Source: Octopus sinensis
Taxonomy: Eukaryota
DNA: 64,000 bases
Assembly (NCBI RefSeq): GCF_006345805.1
Contig: NC_043004.1
Coordinates: 85,684,001-85,748,000, forward strand
Reading direction: 5' to 3'
Positions 24,911 to 38,350 of this stretch are shown here, piece by piece. Position 1 is the first letter of the stretch. Every line of letters starts with the position of its first letter. A model generated the notes under the pieces. It did not search any database, was not told where the DNA came from, and worked only from the letters and a program-made list of their open reading frames with translations. The translations under genes were made by a program, and so were the position numbers.

Positions 24911-25370
24911 TTTTTATTTTATTTCTAACTCTATTTAGAAGAATTTTTTTTAACGGTTAGCGATTTAACGAAAACGCGATTCCATGAAAAATGAGATTGG
25001 TGTTTCCATTAATTTGATGAATACGAAAGAAATTGTTTTTGCTTTTGTTTAGATTTGACTTGAAGAGAAAGGGAGACGAGGAGAAAGAAACACAGAGCGG
25101 AGCGTATGGAGCAAGGGGTGAGGGTAGTAAGGGAGGGGGGGGAACAGTTGGTTACTAATTTACTTTCTGTTGCTGATGTTCTTATTCAAGATGACGAGGT
25201 GACATCTGCCTTTTTTTATCCCATAATTATTTTTTCTTACACGTGTACGCACGCGCGTCTTTCCTGTGTTTGTGTACGTGTGTTTGTACGTGAGAATTAA
25301 TCATGTACGTTTTGTGGATCGCGTAGATGCCTCTCCCTCTCTCTCCCTCTCCCTCTCTATATACATACGT

Positions 25371-25411
<41 letters not shown>

Positions 25412-25620
25412 TGGGGTTCATTGCATTCCACATACATACATATACATTTTCATAGATGTACACACGCACACATATATATGCATGTAAATATACGTGTATA
25501 TATATATATATTCATAGATATATACGTATATATTCTGTATATATACATATATATATATATATATGTGGTATGTATGTATATATACAGAATATATATGTAT
25601 ATATCTATGTCTATATATAT

Positions 25621-25657
<37 letters not shown>

Positions 25658-25690
25658 GCATATATTTGAATTTCATATACATACATATAC

Positions 25691-25733
<43 letters not shown>

Positions 25734-26374
25734 GACAGAGAGAGAGAGAAGTATATGTTTTATATATATATATTATATATAATATATATTATATATATAT
25801 ATATATATATTATATAATATATATATATATGTATGTATGTATGTATATGTATATATACACACACACATACATAACTGTATTTATACCGTTGTGTGGACGT
25901 GTTTATATTGTTATTCTTGTTGTTAATGCTTAGATTGCGTTTCTTCAGCTTTCGTTAGCAAAAATAAAAAGATTGAAAGATTTTTCACTTCTTTTTGTAT
26001 GAAAACATCTACATAATATACTTTTGAGAAATTTGTCACGTTCATGACATTGATAATTATGCTCGTTCTGTGACAAGTATATGCGTGAATAAATTGATTT
26101 ACGCATGTCGCTATCCATGTAGGTTATGCAACTTCATGGAATGGTGTGTTTGTTTGGGTGGGTATTTTTGTATATGTGTGATTGAGTGATTCTCTACCTA
26201 CTGCAATTTACTTGCTAACTTATCTGTAACAATGTTGTAGTATACTACTGTAAGTATCTAAATATGTTTTTGAGTCTTTGCTTTTCGTATTTGTGTCACA
26301 CCAAATTTGACAGCACTTACGCATATAAATATATCAAATATCTGTAAATTTATATATCTTTATATATAATATAA

Positions 26375-26446
<72 letters not shown>

Positions 26447-26554
26447 GATATATATGTATAATTAAACATATAACTAGATCACAAAAAGTACAAAAATGAA
26501 TAAGCAATTATATATATATATATATAGATATATATATAGGTGTGTGTATATATA

Positions 26555-26720
26555 TGTTACCTGTTATATACATTATATGTTTTTGTATTTACTTGATCTC
26601 TACTTGCCATTGTCATTCTAATTTTAACCTTCCTATGATATGCAATTTTAAAGATGGTGTAATTGATTGTTCATTTGATTCGATAGAAGGTGGGTTCTTT
26701 CTAATATTTCATGTGTAAGC

Positions 26721-26730
<10 letters not shown>
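26555..26730. repeat. Diverged ~170-bp direct repeat; second copy at ~27845-28025
   Basis: Shared blocks 'cctgttatatacattatat', 'ttcctatgatat', 'aagatggtg', 'gattgttcattt', 'aatatttcatgt'. Confidence 0.75.
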
Positions 26731-26767
<37 letters not shown>

Positions 26768-26846
26768 ATATATATAGTGACATTGAAGGACGCATCTTTC
26801 GATTTACAATCTAATATAGTAGAACATTTAGTATATGTCTGATGTG

Positions 26847-26885
<39 letters not shown>

Positions 26886-26891
26886 TATATA

Positions 26892-27800
26892 TGAGACAAC
26901 AACATGCTTTTAATGCAGGTAAGTTCCGGCCCTGCGCTACTGGCACACAAAGTAAATGACGTGAAGACTGGATACACTGGCCCAGGAAGAATTGCAATCC
27001 CTGAGTCAAAATCAGTGCGTGACACTGGGCATTGACATGAGCAATGATGCATCTTTCCAAATGCATATTGCTAATCTGGTGATAAAATGCAGACGGCTAG
27101 CTGGATGGATTCTCCGAACTTTCAGAACAAGAGAGAAGGAGCACTGATGGTCCTATGGAAAACATTTGTCCTCAGCCCGCTTGGACTACTGCTCCCAACT
27201 TTGGTCACCACACAATATAAAACAAACAGCAGAACTCGAAGCAACTCAGAGAACTACACAAAGAAAATCGTCTCAATGCAAAATGTCAGCTACTGGGGAA
27301 AGACTGAAGGTATTAAAACCTCTTCTCCTGGAGCGGAGGCGGGGAGATATGCAGTAATATACATCTGGAAAATCCTGGAGGGTCTTATCCCAAACTTTGG
27401 CATTCAAGTTACTCCCAACCCAGAACGGGGGCGCCGCTGCGTGGTGCCAAGGATTCCAACATCACCATCAAAATACAGGTCCAGATACTGCAACACTCTT
27501 GGGTTTCAGAGGACCACAGCTTTCAACATCCTCCCTAAATGCCTGAGAGACTTACATGGTGTGGATGTGGGTTTCTTTAAAACTAAACTTGATCTCCCTT
27601 CTTGTTGGGAGTCCCAGATAACCGAACCTCACGAACAGGAGACAGGATACGGAATGCAGCAGCATCGAACTCCCTTGTTGATCAATGCCACGTATCAGAG
27701 GTGATTCACAAACTAGTGTGGCTCATTCAGCGGTGGTGCCCCAGCATGGCCGCGGCCTTCGGGCTAAAAACATTTTTAAGGATTTTTAAGGATTTAAGGA
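26892..27800 (+). pseudogene. CR1-group LINE 3' fragment (RT thumb to 3' end), frameshifted
   Basis: NNMLFNAGKF, V.D.GIDMSND, RLDYCSQLWSP, SYWERLK and FNILPK motifs; 3' UTR 'ggtgccccagcatggccgcggccttcgggc' and a (tttaagga)n tail. Confidence 0.85.
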
Positions 27801-28029
27801 TTATAATACGTGTGTGTGTGTGTGTGTGTGTATGTAATATTATATAATTGCCTGTTATATACATTATATTATTTTATTTTTAATTTACTTCAATCTTTAC
27901 TTTTTAATAGTCACTTTAATTTTAACTTTCCTATGATATACAATTTTCAAGATGGTGCAATTTGATTGTTCATTTTGAACGGATAAAAGGTTTTTTTTTC
28001 AAATATTTCATGTATAAGTCTGTGTATAT

Positions 28030-28670
28030 ATATGTAGTGGTATAAATATCAACACAATTTTTTTTTCTTCTCCCCTTCCTCCCTTATTTTTATTTTTATT
28101 TTTATTTTCCCTTTTCTCTTTTTGTCTCTCTCCCCTTCTCCAAACACACAGAGACACACACACACACCTCCACAAAACGATCATACAAAGTAGAATGAGT
28201 TCTTAGACCCCAAATGGCCCTCTTCAAAATCATAAAAGGTGTAATCTATGGCCTGCCAACACACACTCAGTGACACTAAAATGGACAAAAGCTAAAACTC
28301 CCTTGGGGGTCCAGCAGGCCAAAGGAAATCCTCCTTCTTCCTTCTCCCTTCCCCTCTTTCTCTTTAGCCTCAGATGCAAATGCACACACACACACACACA
28401 CATACACATATGTTCTCTCTCTCACTTCCTCATCATCCACTTCACCCTCTTGTGCTGTCTTGTTTCTCCCCACGACTACGAAACTCTATAAAATGATTAA
28501 AATTCCCCACAAAGGAATTATTTTGATTTGAAAACCCCACTAGAATGGGAGAAAGCGCTAATGATCTGAATGATATGATATATATATGTAAAAAATGTAA
28601 TATATAAATAAATATCTGTAAATATGAACCATCCGATCTTCTGATTACCTCATTTCTTCTAATATATATT
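28030..28670 (+). mobile_element. PLE 3' region/pLTR homologous to 9040-9560, with HHR-like motif at 28528-28560
   Basis: Colinear blocks (ctataaaa..aattcccc; tctgtaaat..aaccatc.gatct.ctga.tacct); TTGAAAA-CCCCAC-TAGA-ATGGGA-GAAA-GCGCT-A. Confidence 0.6.
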
Positions 28671-28967
28671 CGAAATCAGTAAATGTATTTACTTGAAAAT
28701 CCTTATATATATCTTGCACGGTTGGTCGTTCATCGAGAAGCGATGCCTACCACACGTTGATAATAGGCAATACACCTTGAAACCTAGGTCCGTGTGTGGT
28801 ATCCGCTTCTTGGTGAATGATCTCCCTTTGCAAGATAGAGGACGCCGTGATGGCGTGGGCCATTCTGGTGACGTGATGTTCGCCTGGGGCTAAATGCAAC
28901 AGTGACACCCCCCACCACCCTGCCCTGTCCCTAGACATATTCAGTTGGCTAATATCCTTATATATAT

Positions 28968-29004
<37 letters not shown>

Positions 29005-29019
29005 TATATCTGTGTGTCT

Positions 29020-29235
29020 TTATGATTCTCTTCCACCTCCCACATCACCGCTTGACAACTGGTGTTGGTGAACGTACGTCTCCGTAACTTAGCGGTTCAA
29101 TAAAAGGAACGATAGAATAAGCACATTCTTTTTGAAATATATATTCCTGGTATCGATTTGTTCCACTAAAATCTTCAAGGCGAGGCCCAGTATGGCTGCA
29201 GTCCAATGACTGAAACCAGCAAAAGATGAAATTAT
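29020..29235 (+). mobile_element. SINE family B 3' half
   Basis: catcaccgcttgacaactggtgttgg...aaggcgaggcccagtatggctgcagtccaatgactgaaac. Confidence 0.75.
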
Positions 29236-29999
29236 TTTTGTGATAAGTATTTTTTATAAAGTAAAACATCTGTGCTAATAAAATTCTTCTGAATGTTCGC
29301 ATTGCACCGAATTCTAATATCTTATTAAAGATTATAATTGGTTTTATATCCATAATATTAATGAATGAAGGGGCGCTAAAGAGAAGCTAAATCAAAGCGG
29401 ATATATTTTGCCAATCTTCTCCTGTTGCATTTGTCTTTTAATTCCTTCATGTCCTATAAAATATATTTTCCATTCAGGAAAGAATTGCTTTCTATCCATT
29501 TAAATTATATATATGTTGGCTTGTCGGTTTTCCATTTTTATTTCAAGATTCTTTCCGAACCGAACATAATGGCTTTATTTCTTTGATGAAGTTGAATGTT
29601 ATATGTAGATTTTAAACGTCATCTAAATTTATATCTAATGATTGGGAAAAGAAGAATGAAAAGGGAAAGAAAGAATAGGAATGAAATTAAAGAAAGAAAT
29701 AAAGAAAGCATGCAAGGGGAAAGAAAATTAAGAAGGAAACAAGGAAAAGATGAAAAGAGATTGACTACTTTTGTGTATAACTTAGAATTCGTGCAGAAAA
29801 AGCGCCTGGTCTTTGATGACTGTGCCAGGTGCACACAAACACCCCCACACACACACATACGCATACGCACAAATACAGACACACACGCATACACACACAC
29901 ATACACTCACTCACATATACACACATACGCATACGCACAATTAGAGACACACGCACGAACATATATATAATATATACACTCTCATACACTACTTCCAAA

Positions 30000-30300
30000 A
30001 TTGTGGTCGTGAAGCGGTTCAGTGACGCTGGGCTTGAATATTTGAAGGTCAGTGATTACAAGAGGAAACTGTGTAGGTACGAAAAAGATTTACAGAGAGT
30101 TGCAGTTAGTTCCAGGGAGGAATAACTTAGCTATTGTTGTCTGAGGATCTTGGAGAAGAGGCACAGCGAAATGAGATGGAACAGAGTAAGAGTTAGTCGG
30201 GTCGAAATTTCCTAGTAAGGCAGCTACTTCAGAAGAACTGAAGTGCTTTGTAGTAATGAGAAAATAGATAAGGAATGGCAATCACCCGACTGTAAAGTCC
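30000..30300 (-). pseudogene. Highly decayed LINE fragment (region just before RT)
   Basis: FSSSEVAALLGNFDPTNS...IAKLF resembles the F-x3-EV-x2-LL-x2-LD-P-x-K-S-x-GPD pattern; weak. Confidence 0.4.
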
Positions 30301-30504
30301 TGATTAGAAAGTCTAGACGAATAATGAATCTTTCAATGAATCGATTCCAAAATGCTTAATTCGCCAACGTGTAGGCGAATTAAATATTCATTCGTTTGGA
30401 TGTCTACGTGCAACAAATTATTCTTCCATACAGATGAGTATTGTCATTATACAGTGTTTAGTTTCTGCGTTGTGGAAGGTCTACCAGCAAGTGATCAGTG
30501 GTGA

Positions 30505-30748
30505 ACATACCTATTTCTTTACTACCCACAAGGGGCTAAACACAGAGAGGACAAAGAAGGACAGACAAAAGGATTAAGTCGATTACATCGACCCCAGTGC
30601 GTAACTGGTACTTAATTTATCGACCCCGAAAGGATGAAAGGCAAAGTCGACCTCGGGGCGGAATTTGAACTCAGAACGTAACGGCATACGAAATACGGCT
30701 ACACATTTCGCCCGGCGTGCTAACAATTCTGCCAGCTTGCCGCCTTCA
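30505..30748 (-). mobile_element. SINE family A, full length
   Basis: Reverse complement of the head and core seen at 288-500. Confidence 0.85.
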
Positions 30749-31400
30749 GTTGTGAACGTACCGTCATCTTAAAGAAGAAGCTTAGTGTCTGTTATGGTGT
30801 TTTAGTGATATTACAAGCATAGGTTAATCATAACATATCAACAGATATTGTAAGCTACTAGTATTTCTGGCCACTTTAAATGGTTTACATTAACTTTTGA
30901 ATGAGTAGAATGTGTTCTGATTACGAACCGATTAAATATTATCAATATTTGAAGTTTCAAAATAGCCATATACCCACCAAAGAATGTTCACGAGATCATT
31001 CATAAAATGTACTGCTATAAACCTTACCCACGCATACTGTGTTGCTTCGGGTTTAGATTCTCCCTTGTATAGAAAATAACTCACGTAGAACACTTGTGTT
31101 ATGTATAGTTACTAGTATCACTGGCTTCTAAGTTCTGTCTATATTTAGAATTTGTATATGGAATTCTCAACATACTTATTTCCACCCAAAAAATCAATTA
31201 ACGTAATCAACAGCATGGTCTTTACCATTATAATTTTAATCGTTAAACGTACTGAATTTCATACAACATACAGGATTATATTTAATAAGCAATGTTAGTT
31301 TCAAAAATTAGTACATGAATGCATACATGCATGTATACAAATGTATATATTTATACATATATATATATATATATATAATTATATATATATATATATATAT

Positions 31401-32770
31401 GGTTAGCGATCTATCATGGCGAATGCCAGACAGAAGGATCACACAGGAGATCTAGGAATAAGGGGAGATAATAAAGTAGTAGTGATACCAAAACGAAGGT
31501 GCTCGTGCGTGGGTGTGTATAAGAGGGTATGTATGTGCGTGTGGATGAGGGCTGTTGACCTTGACGTGTGCGTGTGTATGTGTAGGTGTGAAGATGTGGG
31601 GCTGGGAAGTGGTCAGTGCTTGTGTATGCGTGGTGGTGTGATGTGATGTGTTGTGTGGTATGGTGGTGTATGGTGAAGTGGTGTGGTGTGATGGTGTTGG
31701 GAGGTAGGGGAGGCGAGAGTGGGGAAAGAAATGGCGGGGTGTGGGTTAGGCGGAAGGTAGGAGTAGAGGTAGGCTATGTGAATAGGCAGAGGGTGAGGGT
31801 AGAGGCGGGGTATATGGGAGTGGGTGTAAGGGATGGGGTGCTATGGGAAGGATAGGGAAGATGAGGTTGTAATGTGTAGGTTGGGTGGGTTTACGAAGGA
31901 GGGTGACGTTGAATGCGGAACGAGAAGGTGGGTAGGAATGAAGAGAAGAGAGAAGGAGAGTAGGAGTGAAGAGAAGTAGGAATCGGAGCAAGGGAGGAGA
32001 GGTGGGTGGGAGAAAGTAGGTGTGCGGGGGAGAGAGGCGAGGGGTGAAGAGTTGAGCCCATGTGGCACAAAGGAGCGAAGAGAGAAGCTTAATCCCTGTT
32101 CACGACGCAAACAGGAGTCCGGATGGCCCCTTTGCAAGGACAATCCGAACACGGACAGGTGTTGCAAAGAGTCACCAGTAGAGCGGAAATGGTGCGATAC
32201 AGGGGTGTTATTGCCGAGTCGGATATCTCGGAGGTCTTCCGCGAACTGGTCAGCCAAACGGCGTCCAGTTTGCCCGATGTATAGAGAAGGAGATCCAGTA
32301 GATGACATTGGTAGAAGTGCAGGTGATGTGATAGGGTCAATGATGAGTGCCGGTAAGGAGGGTGGCGTTGGAGAGGTGGGGCAAGTGCGGCAGCGTGGGC
32401 GGGAGCAGGTAAACGAGCCGGGTTGGAAGGTTGGGTTAGGGAGGAAACTGTGGACTAAGAGGCCTTGTGGTCTGTGGGATCGTTTGAAGGAGGGGAGGGG
32501 TCGGTTAGGGAAGATGTGCGAAGTGGAGTTCTCGGACTGGAGTCGCCGGAACCTCGGAGAATGGTGCGTTGGAGGGGTAGGGTGGTGGGGTTGTAAGTGA
32601 TGGGAAACGGGAGGCGGGAGACGGCGGGTCGGGTTCATGGGGCGTGAGCAGATGGACGGTCCACGGAACATGCTCTGGTAAGATGAAGTGGCGAGCCATG
32701 AGTTGAGACTGAGTTTCAAAGTCATGGTCGTCACTACAGAGCCTGCGTAGACGGAGGAGTGAGAGGAGGG
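31401..32770 (-). mobile_element. Second Penelope-like element, 5'-truncated: RT C-terminus, GIY-YIG and CT-rich 3' region
   Basis: LRLRRLCSDD, CSRPRCRTC, LYIGQTGRRLADQF, PVSHHF and PHGLN motifs. Confidence 0.85.
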
Positions 32771-32904
32771 GATGTTTTCTTTTTTACAGAGTAAGAGATA
32801 GATACTGATGCGAATGAGATAGCTTATTCAAAATTTCATTCCAACATGAGTACGTGTATTGTAGACATCTTTGTTGAGAAGTGAAGTGACGAAGGATTCG
32901 ATTA

Positions 32905-33270
32905 CATTATGCCTGAGTGGTTAAGAGCCTCGCTTTGCAATCACATAGTTCAGTGCCACTGTGCAAACCCTTGCGAAAGGCTCCACGTTCACCCATGCCT
33001 TTGCCGAGAAATTTGGTAGACGCAAACCATCTGAAAGGCTGTCGAATGTGTGTGTGTGTGTGTGTGAATGTATGTGTCTACCTTATTTATCTTTGTGTTT
33101 GTGAACTGCTACTGCATCACAGCCGGTGTTTGCTGACGTAGCGGTTCTTTAAAAAAATACTTTACTTTAAAAAAACAAGTATTTCGCTAGAAATTTTCGT
33201 CTAAAATTCTTCAAGGCAGTTCCCCAGCTCGGCTACAGTCCAATGACTGAATCAGGTAAAAGATATAAAG
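32905..33270 (+). mobile_element. SINE family B, diverged
   Basis: tRNA-like head 'gcctgagtggttaagag', core remnant, microsatellite and tail 'aaggcagttccccagctcggctacagtccaatgactgaa'. Confidence 0.7.
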
Positions 33271-33789
33271 ACAACAGACCCAATTCGCAAAGATAAATCT
33301 GTTACACACTTATGCATAGAAAAGTGTACAGTCTATACAAGGCATGAGAATATTGCTTTATTTCTCTGATGATAACAACATTGAAAGTCTGAAGTATATA
33401 TGACATATCAGTTTGTGTTTGGTTCAGACACTTAGGTTGGATTCCCGCCCACATCAGATATTTACTCTGTCTGACGGACATCAAAAGCAAAACTTGGAAT
33501 CGTATTCTATTACATAAAACTATAAAACCGATACAACATATCAGAAAGGAAATATTGCAAACGTTAAAAGTAAATATCTTATTTATTATGAATGTAGTAC
33601 AAACTACGATTCGTCTAAAGTATTAGACTGTTCAAAAGTGATTGAGCATCATCTTACGTGTCTTGTCTCTATTGACAGTCTCGTCTAGATCAAGTTACTA
33701 CTATAATATCACGCTTCTTTTCTACCACCACCGACATCACAATAAACGCTGATCATTAATACAAACAAAAACACACTCCTTATCATTCA

Positions 33790-34030
33790 TCTTTTACTTG
33801 TTAAAGTTGGTGGACTGCGACAATGTTGGAGCACCGCCTTGAATGGTTTAAAGAACCGAATCAACCGCCCTGTTTATTTTTGCAAGTTCGGCACTCTTTT
33901 GCTGGACCGCTAGGTGACGGGGACGTAAATAAACTAACATCGATTGTCAAGCGTGGCGGGACACAAACACAATATGGACAAAATGGCACACACAAAGACA
34001 TGCACATGTACACACACGCACACATATAAG

Positions 34031-34061
<31 letters not shown>

Positions 34062-34279
34062 CTTATATATATTATGTAGGAAATTCGTGGAGTGCTAATG
34101 ATTGTGGTTATGATCGTAGGAGGTGATAGGGATTGTGGTGTTGATTATAGTAACAGGAGGTTTGAGATTACTTTAGTAAGGTGGACACAAATGCATCACA
34201 AAACTCTCACAAAATCTACATATTGATGTATGTATATATGTGTGCGTGTGTGAGTGTGTATGTAAACACACACACACAT

Positions 34280-34321
<42 letters not shown>

Positions 34322-34810
34322 GCACACACACACACAAATATTCAACATTCAGGAAAAGAACAAGTAATGGAGTACATGAAATTACTGCATCCAAAATACT
34401 TAAAACTCAGACTTATCATATCTGGCCCAGCATGCCCTTATATGTTCTTATAGAGGAGAAAAGAAATATAACATAAAGAGAAAATAGTTTGCAGTTACTA
34501 AGCTCTGTTTTCGGGTATTATTGCGTGACACCTCGGGCAAGTGTTTTCTTCTATACCTCAAATCAATGTTTGGTGATGGAATTTGAGAGACAGAAACTTT
34601 GTCGAACCGTCGTCTACATGTATGTGTTTCTGTATGTGGCTGTACTTGTGACCCCCACCCCGTAACACTGCTGCTTGACAAGTGGCTTGTTTAGCTATTC
34701 AACGCAAAGACCGATAGAATATGTACCAAACTTAAAAGCGAAACAATAAGTAATGAGGTCGAATTGTGTGACAAGAACCCTGCTAGGTGATGCCCTAGCA
34801 TGGCCGCTAA
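33790..34810. mobile_element. Two SINE family B remnants (33790-34000 minus; 34485-34810 plus)
   Basis: Tail 'ggagcaccgcctt' (reverse) and core 'ctcgggcaagtgttttcttctat' plus tail 'gccctagcatggccgc'. Confidence 0.7.
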
Positions 34811-35779
34811 TAAAAGATTATCTTAAAAGAAGCTGCCAAAAATAGCAGGTTAAAAAAGGTAAAATAGTTTGCTGGTGTTCATTACTTGCTAGATTTCCAA
34901 ACGAGAATATCGGATCTAAAATCACAAATAGAAACCTTATCTCGCTGAAATAAATCCAGAAAATGTCCATAAAAAAACTCTATAAAATATACAAAACCAA
35001 GATACGAAAACTAAATTTAGAATTTGCATTTGAACAGAAGAAATATATAACAACTTTGAGACAGGTTTCCCAATCTTAGCCAAATCGTAATACATAAATA
35101 CATAGCAAAGTAGGTAGTTTCATTTAGTTGGTAATATGAAGAATCTACCAAATCTCTTACAGATAGCGAAAGAAAATGGTTACAAATGCTTACCAAAGAC
35201 AGCCATTGAAAATGGTGAATACTCGATAGTCTGAGACAGTTCTATGTCTAGTGGTCAGAAAATTAATGCAAATCATCTATAAATCGTTATTAGTTGTGCT
35301 AGTAAATATGATTTTTCATCGATATATCAATTCCTTCTGAATACAAAATCGTTCTGAAAGATAAGCTGTCAAAACATATATATTACTCGCAGTGATAGAA
35401 TTTATGTCGGTCACGCCGGTCGGAAATATTCACATAAAATGGCCATTATGAATAATAAAACAGAATAAGATGAGAAACACGGGGAAAAATATCTCACAGG
35501 TATTTTTTCTCGATAAATATGTTTGATAAATTTTATTATTGTGAGGAATTCTATCGTTAGCATAATGCTACATCTACATACTTTGTTGGAAAGACTGTGA
35601 AATAAAACGTTCCAGTTATATATTTAATCGTCCTCGGAGGGATGAAAAGCGAAGTCGTCTTTGCTGGAATTTGATTTCACATCGTAAAGGATGTAAAAAA
35701 ACATCATAAGAATGGAGTTTAATCGGTATTTTACAGCTCTACCAACTACCAGCCTGATAAACGAAATATATTTTTTACA

Positions 35780-36000
35780 TGCATCATTCTGTAATGCACC
35801 TAGGATATTCGTCAAGGATGTTTCCTGAGGTCATTAGGTTCTTCCAAATCCTCTCAAACAGATAAACCACTCCGTGTTGATCAATCCTCAACTTGTGTCT
35901 TGTTCGCATTATTCCTGGTAAATCTGTCATTCCAGGTTTCACACCTCCTGATGCACAGCCACTTTGCAACAACCTGCACTACCTTCACCCTCAACCTGAT
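35780..36000 (-). pseudogene. Decayed RTE-like LINE fragment
   Basis: RLRVKVV...RCETW matches the K-LR...LLYGCETW post-RT motif; heavily degraded. Confidence 0.35.
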
Positions 36001-36185
36001 GGTCTTTAGTCGACAAAATCGACCCCAGAAATTATACTTTGTAAACCTAGTACTTATTGTATCGGTCGCCATTGCCGAACCGCTAAGTTATGCGGGCGTA
36101 AAAACACTAGCATAGATTGTCAAGTTATGTTGGGGGTATGTTATACAACAAACACACGCACGCACACACACACACACACACACAC

Positions 36186-36231
<46 letters not shown>

Positions 36232-36282
36232 ATAAAAATTAGAAAATATTTCCTTGTAAGTTTGGATTTTATTCCTTCAAGT

Positions 36283-36324
<42 letters not shown>

Positions 36325-36505
36325 TATATATATAGATATATATATATATATATATATACATATATACGACGATCTTCTATCAGTTTCCATCCACTAAATC
36401 CACTCCCATGGATTTGGTCAGCCAGAGGCTATAATAGAAGACACTTGCCCAAGGTGCCATGTAGTGGGACTGAACCCGGAACCATGTGGTTTGTAAGCAA
36501 CCTAC
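35995..36505 (-). mobile_element. SINE family B with expanded internal microsatellite
   Basis: Tail at 35995-36150 and head/core at 36360-36505. Confidence 0.8.
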
Positions 36506-36789
36506 TTTATTTCAAAAATTTTGACACAGAGTAGCTTGCGGGCTGGACAAAAACATTGATGAGGTGAATGATGAAAAGAGAATGATATTAATGGGAGAAG
36601 ATAAAAAACGCCCGCCGATCCATTGCTTCTCTAAAACATTATTCTCTTTTTTTTTTTACACACAGAAAAAAGACAAAACGAGGTATTGAACATCTTACTT
36701 CAATTTTACAATTATTGGACTTAATAGTCCATTTAAAAATAGGGGCATCTTAAACACAAAAACATACAATAAACATTATAACACTGAGG

Positions 36790-38040
36790 CTTTTCAACCT
36801 CTTGTCACTATTCCTCCCCAACATCGCTTGTGCTCGTATACTCCGCTATCACCCACGTGTCGAGTCAGCATCGCCGGCCCCAAGCGATATTCCTCATTGA
36901 GTCCCTGCAGGCTACACATCACGGGCAACGTTATGACCTCCACATCTTTCTGCGGAGGCCATTCGGGATCCCGTGTGAAGGTTAAAGGTGCTTTTCCACC
37001 ACCTTTTCTACCTCTGAACCTCTGTAGAAGACCAATAATTCGTCTTCATCCGGGGTCAAGGTAATCAATTCTACCGTTGGCGGCACAATTCCCCCAAAGG
37101 TGTCTCTTCCCCTTCCAGTGGCACGATCCCTACCAACGAGGTTCCGGGACATTCCGATGCTATATCACCGACTGCCGGTAATGTCCCGTTTCTGTTCCTC
37201 TCCCTCTTTTTTTTCTCAACTGAGGGAGTTTGCGTCTCTTCCGTGACTGGGAGATACGCCTCCCTCCCTCATCCCTAGGATCCTTCGGTGAGCACCCATT
37301 GTTGCTCTTGCGGCCCTTCTTTGAGGAATCCTCCGCATCCTTGGCCGCCTTCGTTCCTTCTACAGAGGTATCATTCAACTGCTCCAGGACTTTGCTTTGT
37401 TCCTGAGGACAGTTTTTCTTTTATGGCCAGGCTCCAGGCACCAATGATACCTGGTGGGGGCGACCCTCAAGAATCAGCGGGTACCTGCACCCGGCCAGTT
37501 TAAAAAAATCTGGCATAACCAGATTCATGGCTTATTGGGTCCACAGGGTCAAAACAGCTTTTGACCCAACCCAATCAGCCGCAAGAAGAATTTTCCACAT
37601 TGAGGAGCTTGGCTCCGCTGCCACCCAGACCCCGAAGGATAGTATCCTCTATTCACTCAGATTCAATTACGGGTGCATGGAAAAGACGGCAATGGTGTCG
37701 AGAACCTTTGAATACGTTCTCAACACCACCGTCCTCTCCTCTTCCTGTCTGACCCACTCCTTAGGTGGGACAATCTCCCACCCTACAATCTTATCCGTAT
37801 TTTTGCTATGTTTTAAATTAAAAAGTAAAAAGTCCAAAACAATAGTTCACAAATTTCAAAAAGAAAAGAGAGAAATCAAAAGGAAATAAAAGGGAAGAAG
37901 AAAAAAGCAAACAGTTCAATAAAGAGAGTCCTAATTAAAGAATAGAAGAAGAAAACAACAGTTCAACAAAATGCAGCAAAAAGTCTTCTGGGCATTCTGG
38001 TACGCCAAGCCCTATGGTACTCCGATTAGAACCTGAACTG
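36790..38040 (-). pseudogene. Second Tx1/L1-like element: 5' UTR and ORF1 remnant only
   Basis: GWEIVPPKEWVRQEEERTVVLRTY parallels LVPPPET...MVTYRVY of the first element; YPLILEGRP then R(Y)HWCLEPGHKRKNCP (degenerate knuckle) and a basic tail. Confidence 0.7.
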
Positions 38041-38159
38041 ATCCACTTGAAATACAGCTTTTAAATTATTGGTAAATGTTGTAAAATCACACTATTCACA
38101 AAACGTGAACAACTTTTCGTGGAAGAATACGCTCCCAAACTATATTTCTCACAATGAGA

Positions 38160-38350
38160 AAAACTTTTCACTTAATGTGAACAATATTGCTGAACTGCAA
38201 GCAGACCAAAGTCCTGAATCCAGTGAGGACTCCTTGTTTGTAAAACAATATTACCACAGGCAACAACCTCCAATGGACCCAAGATACATAAGCTAATCAC
38301 CGCCGGTTATCTTCTTCAGTGCACAAGACAATGACGCATACGTACACTGA
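38160..38350 (+). pseudogene. Decayed CR1/L2-type RT thumb fragment
   Basis: LNCKQTKVL...NNLQWT resembles the LNxxKTKxx ... xxLxWxxHI motifs; weak. Confidence 0.35.

Noticed and set aside
30130-30184. Possible plus-strand micro-exon (LLLSEDLGEEAQRNEMEQ)
   Set aside because: Purine-rich acceptor, and the opposite strand is better explained as a decayed LINE fragment.
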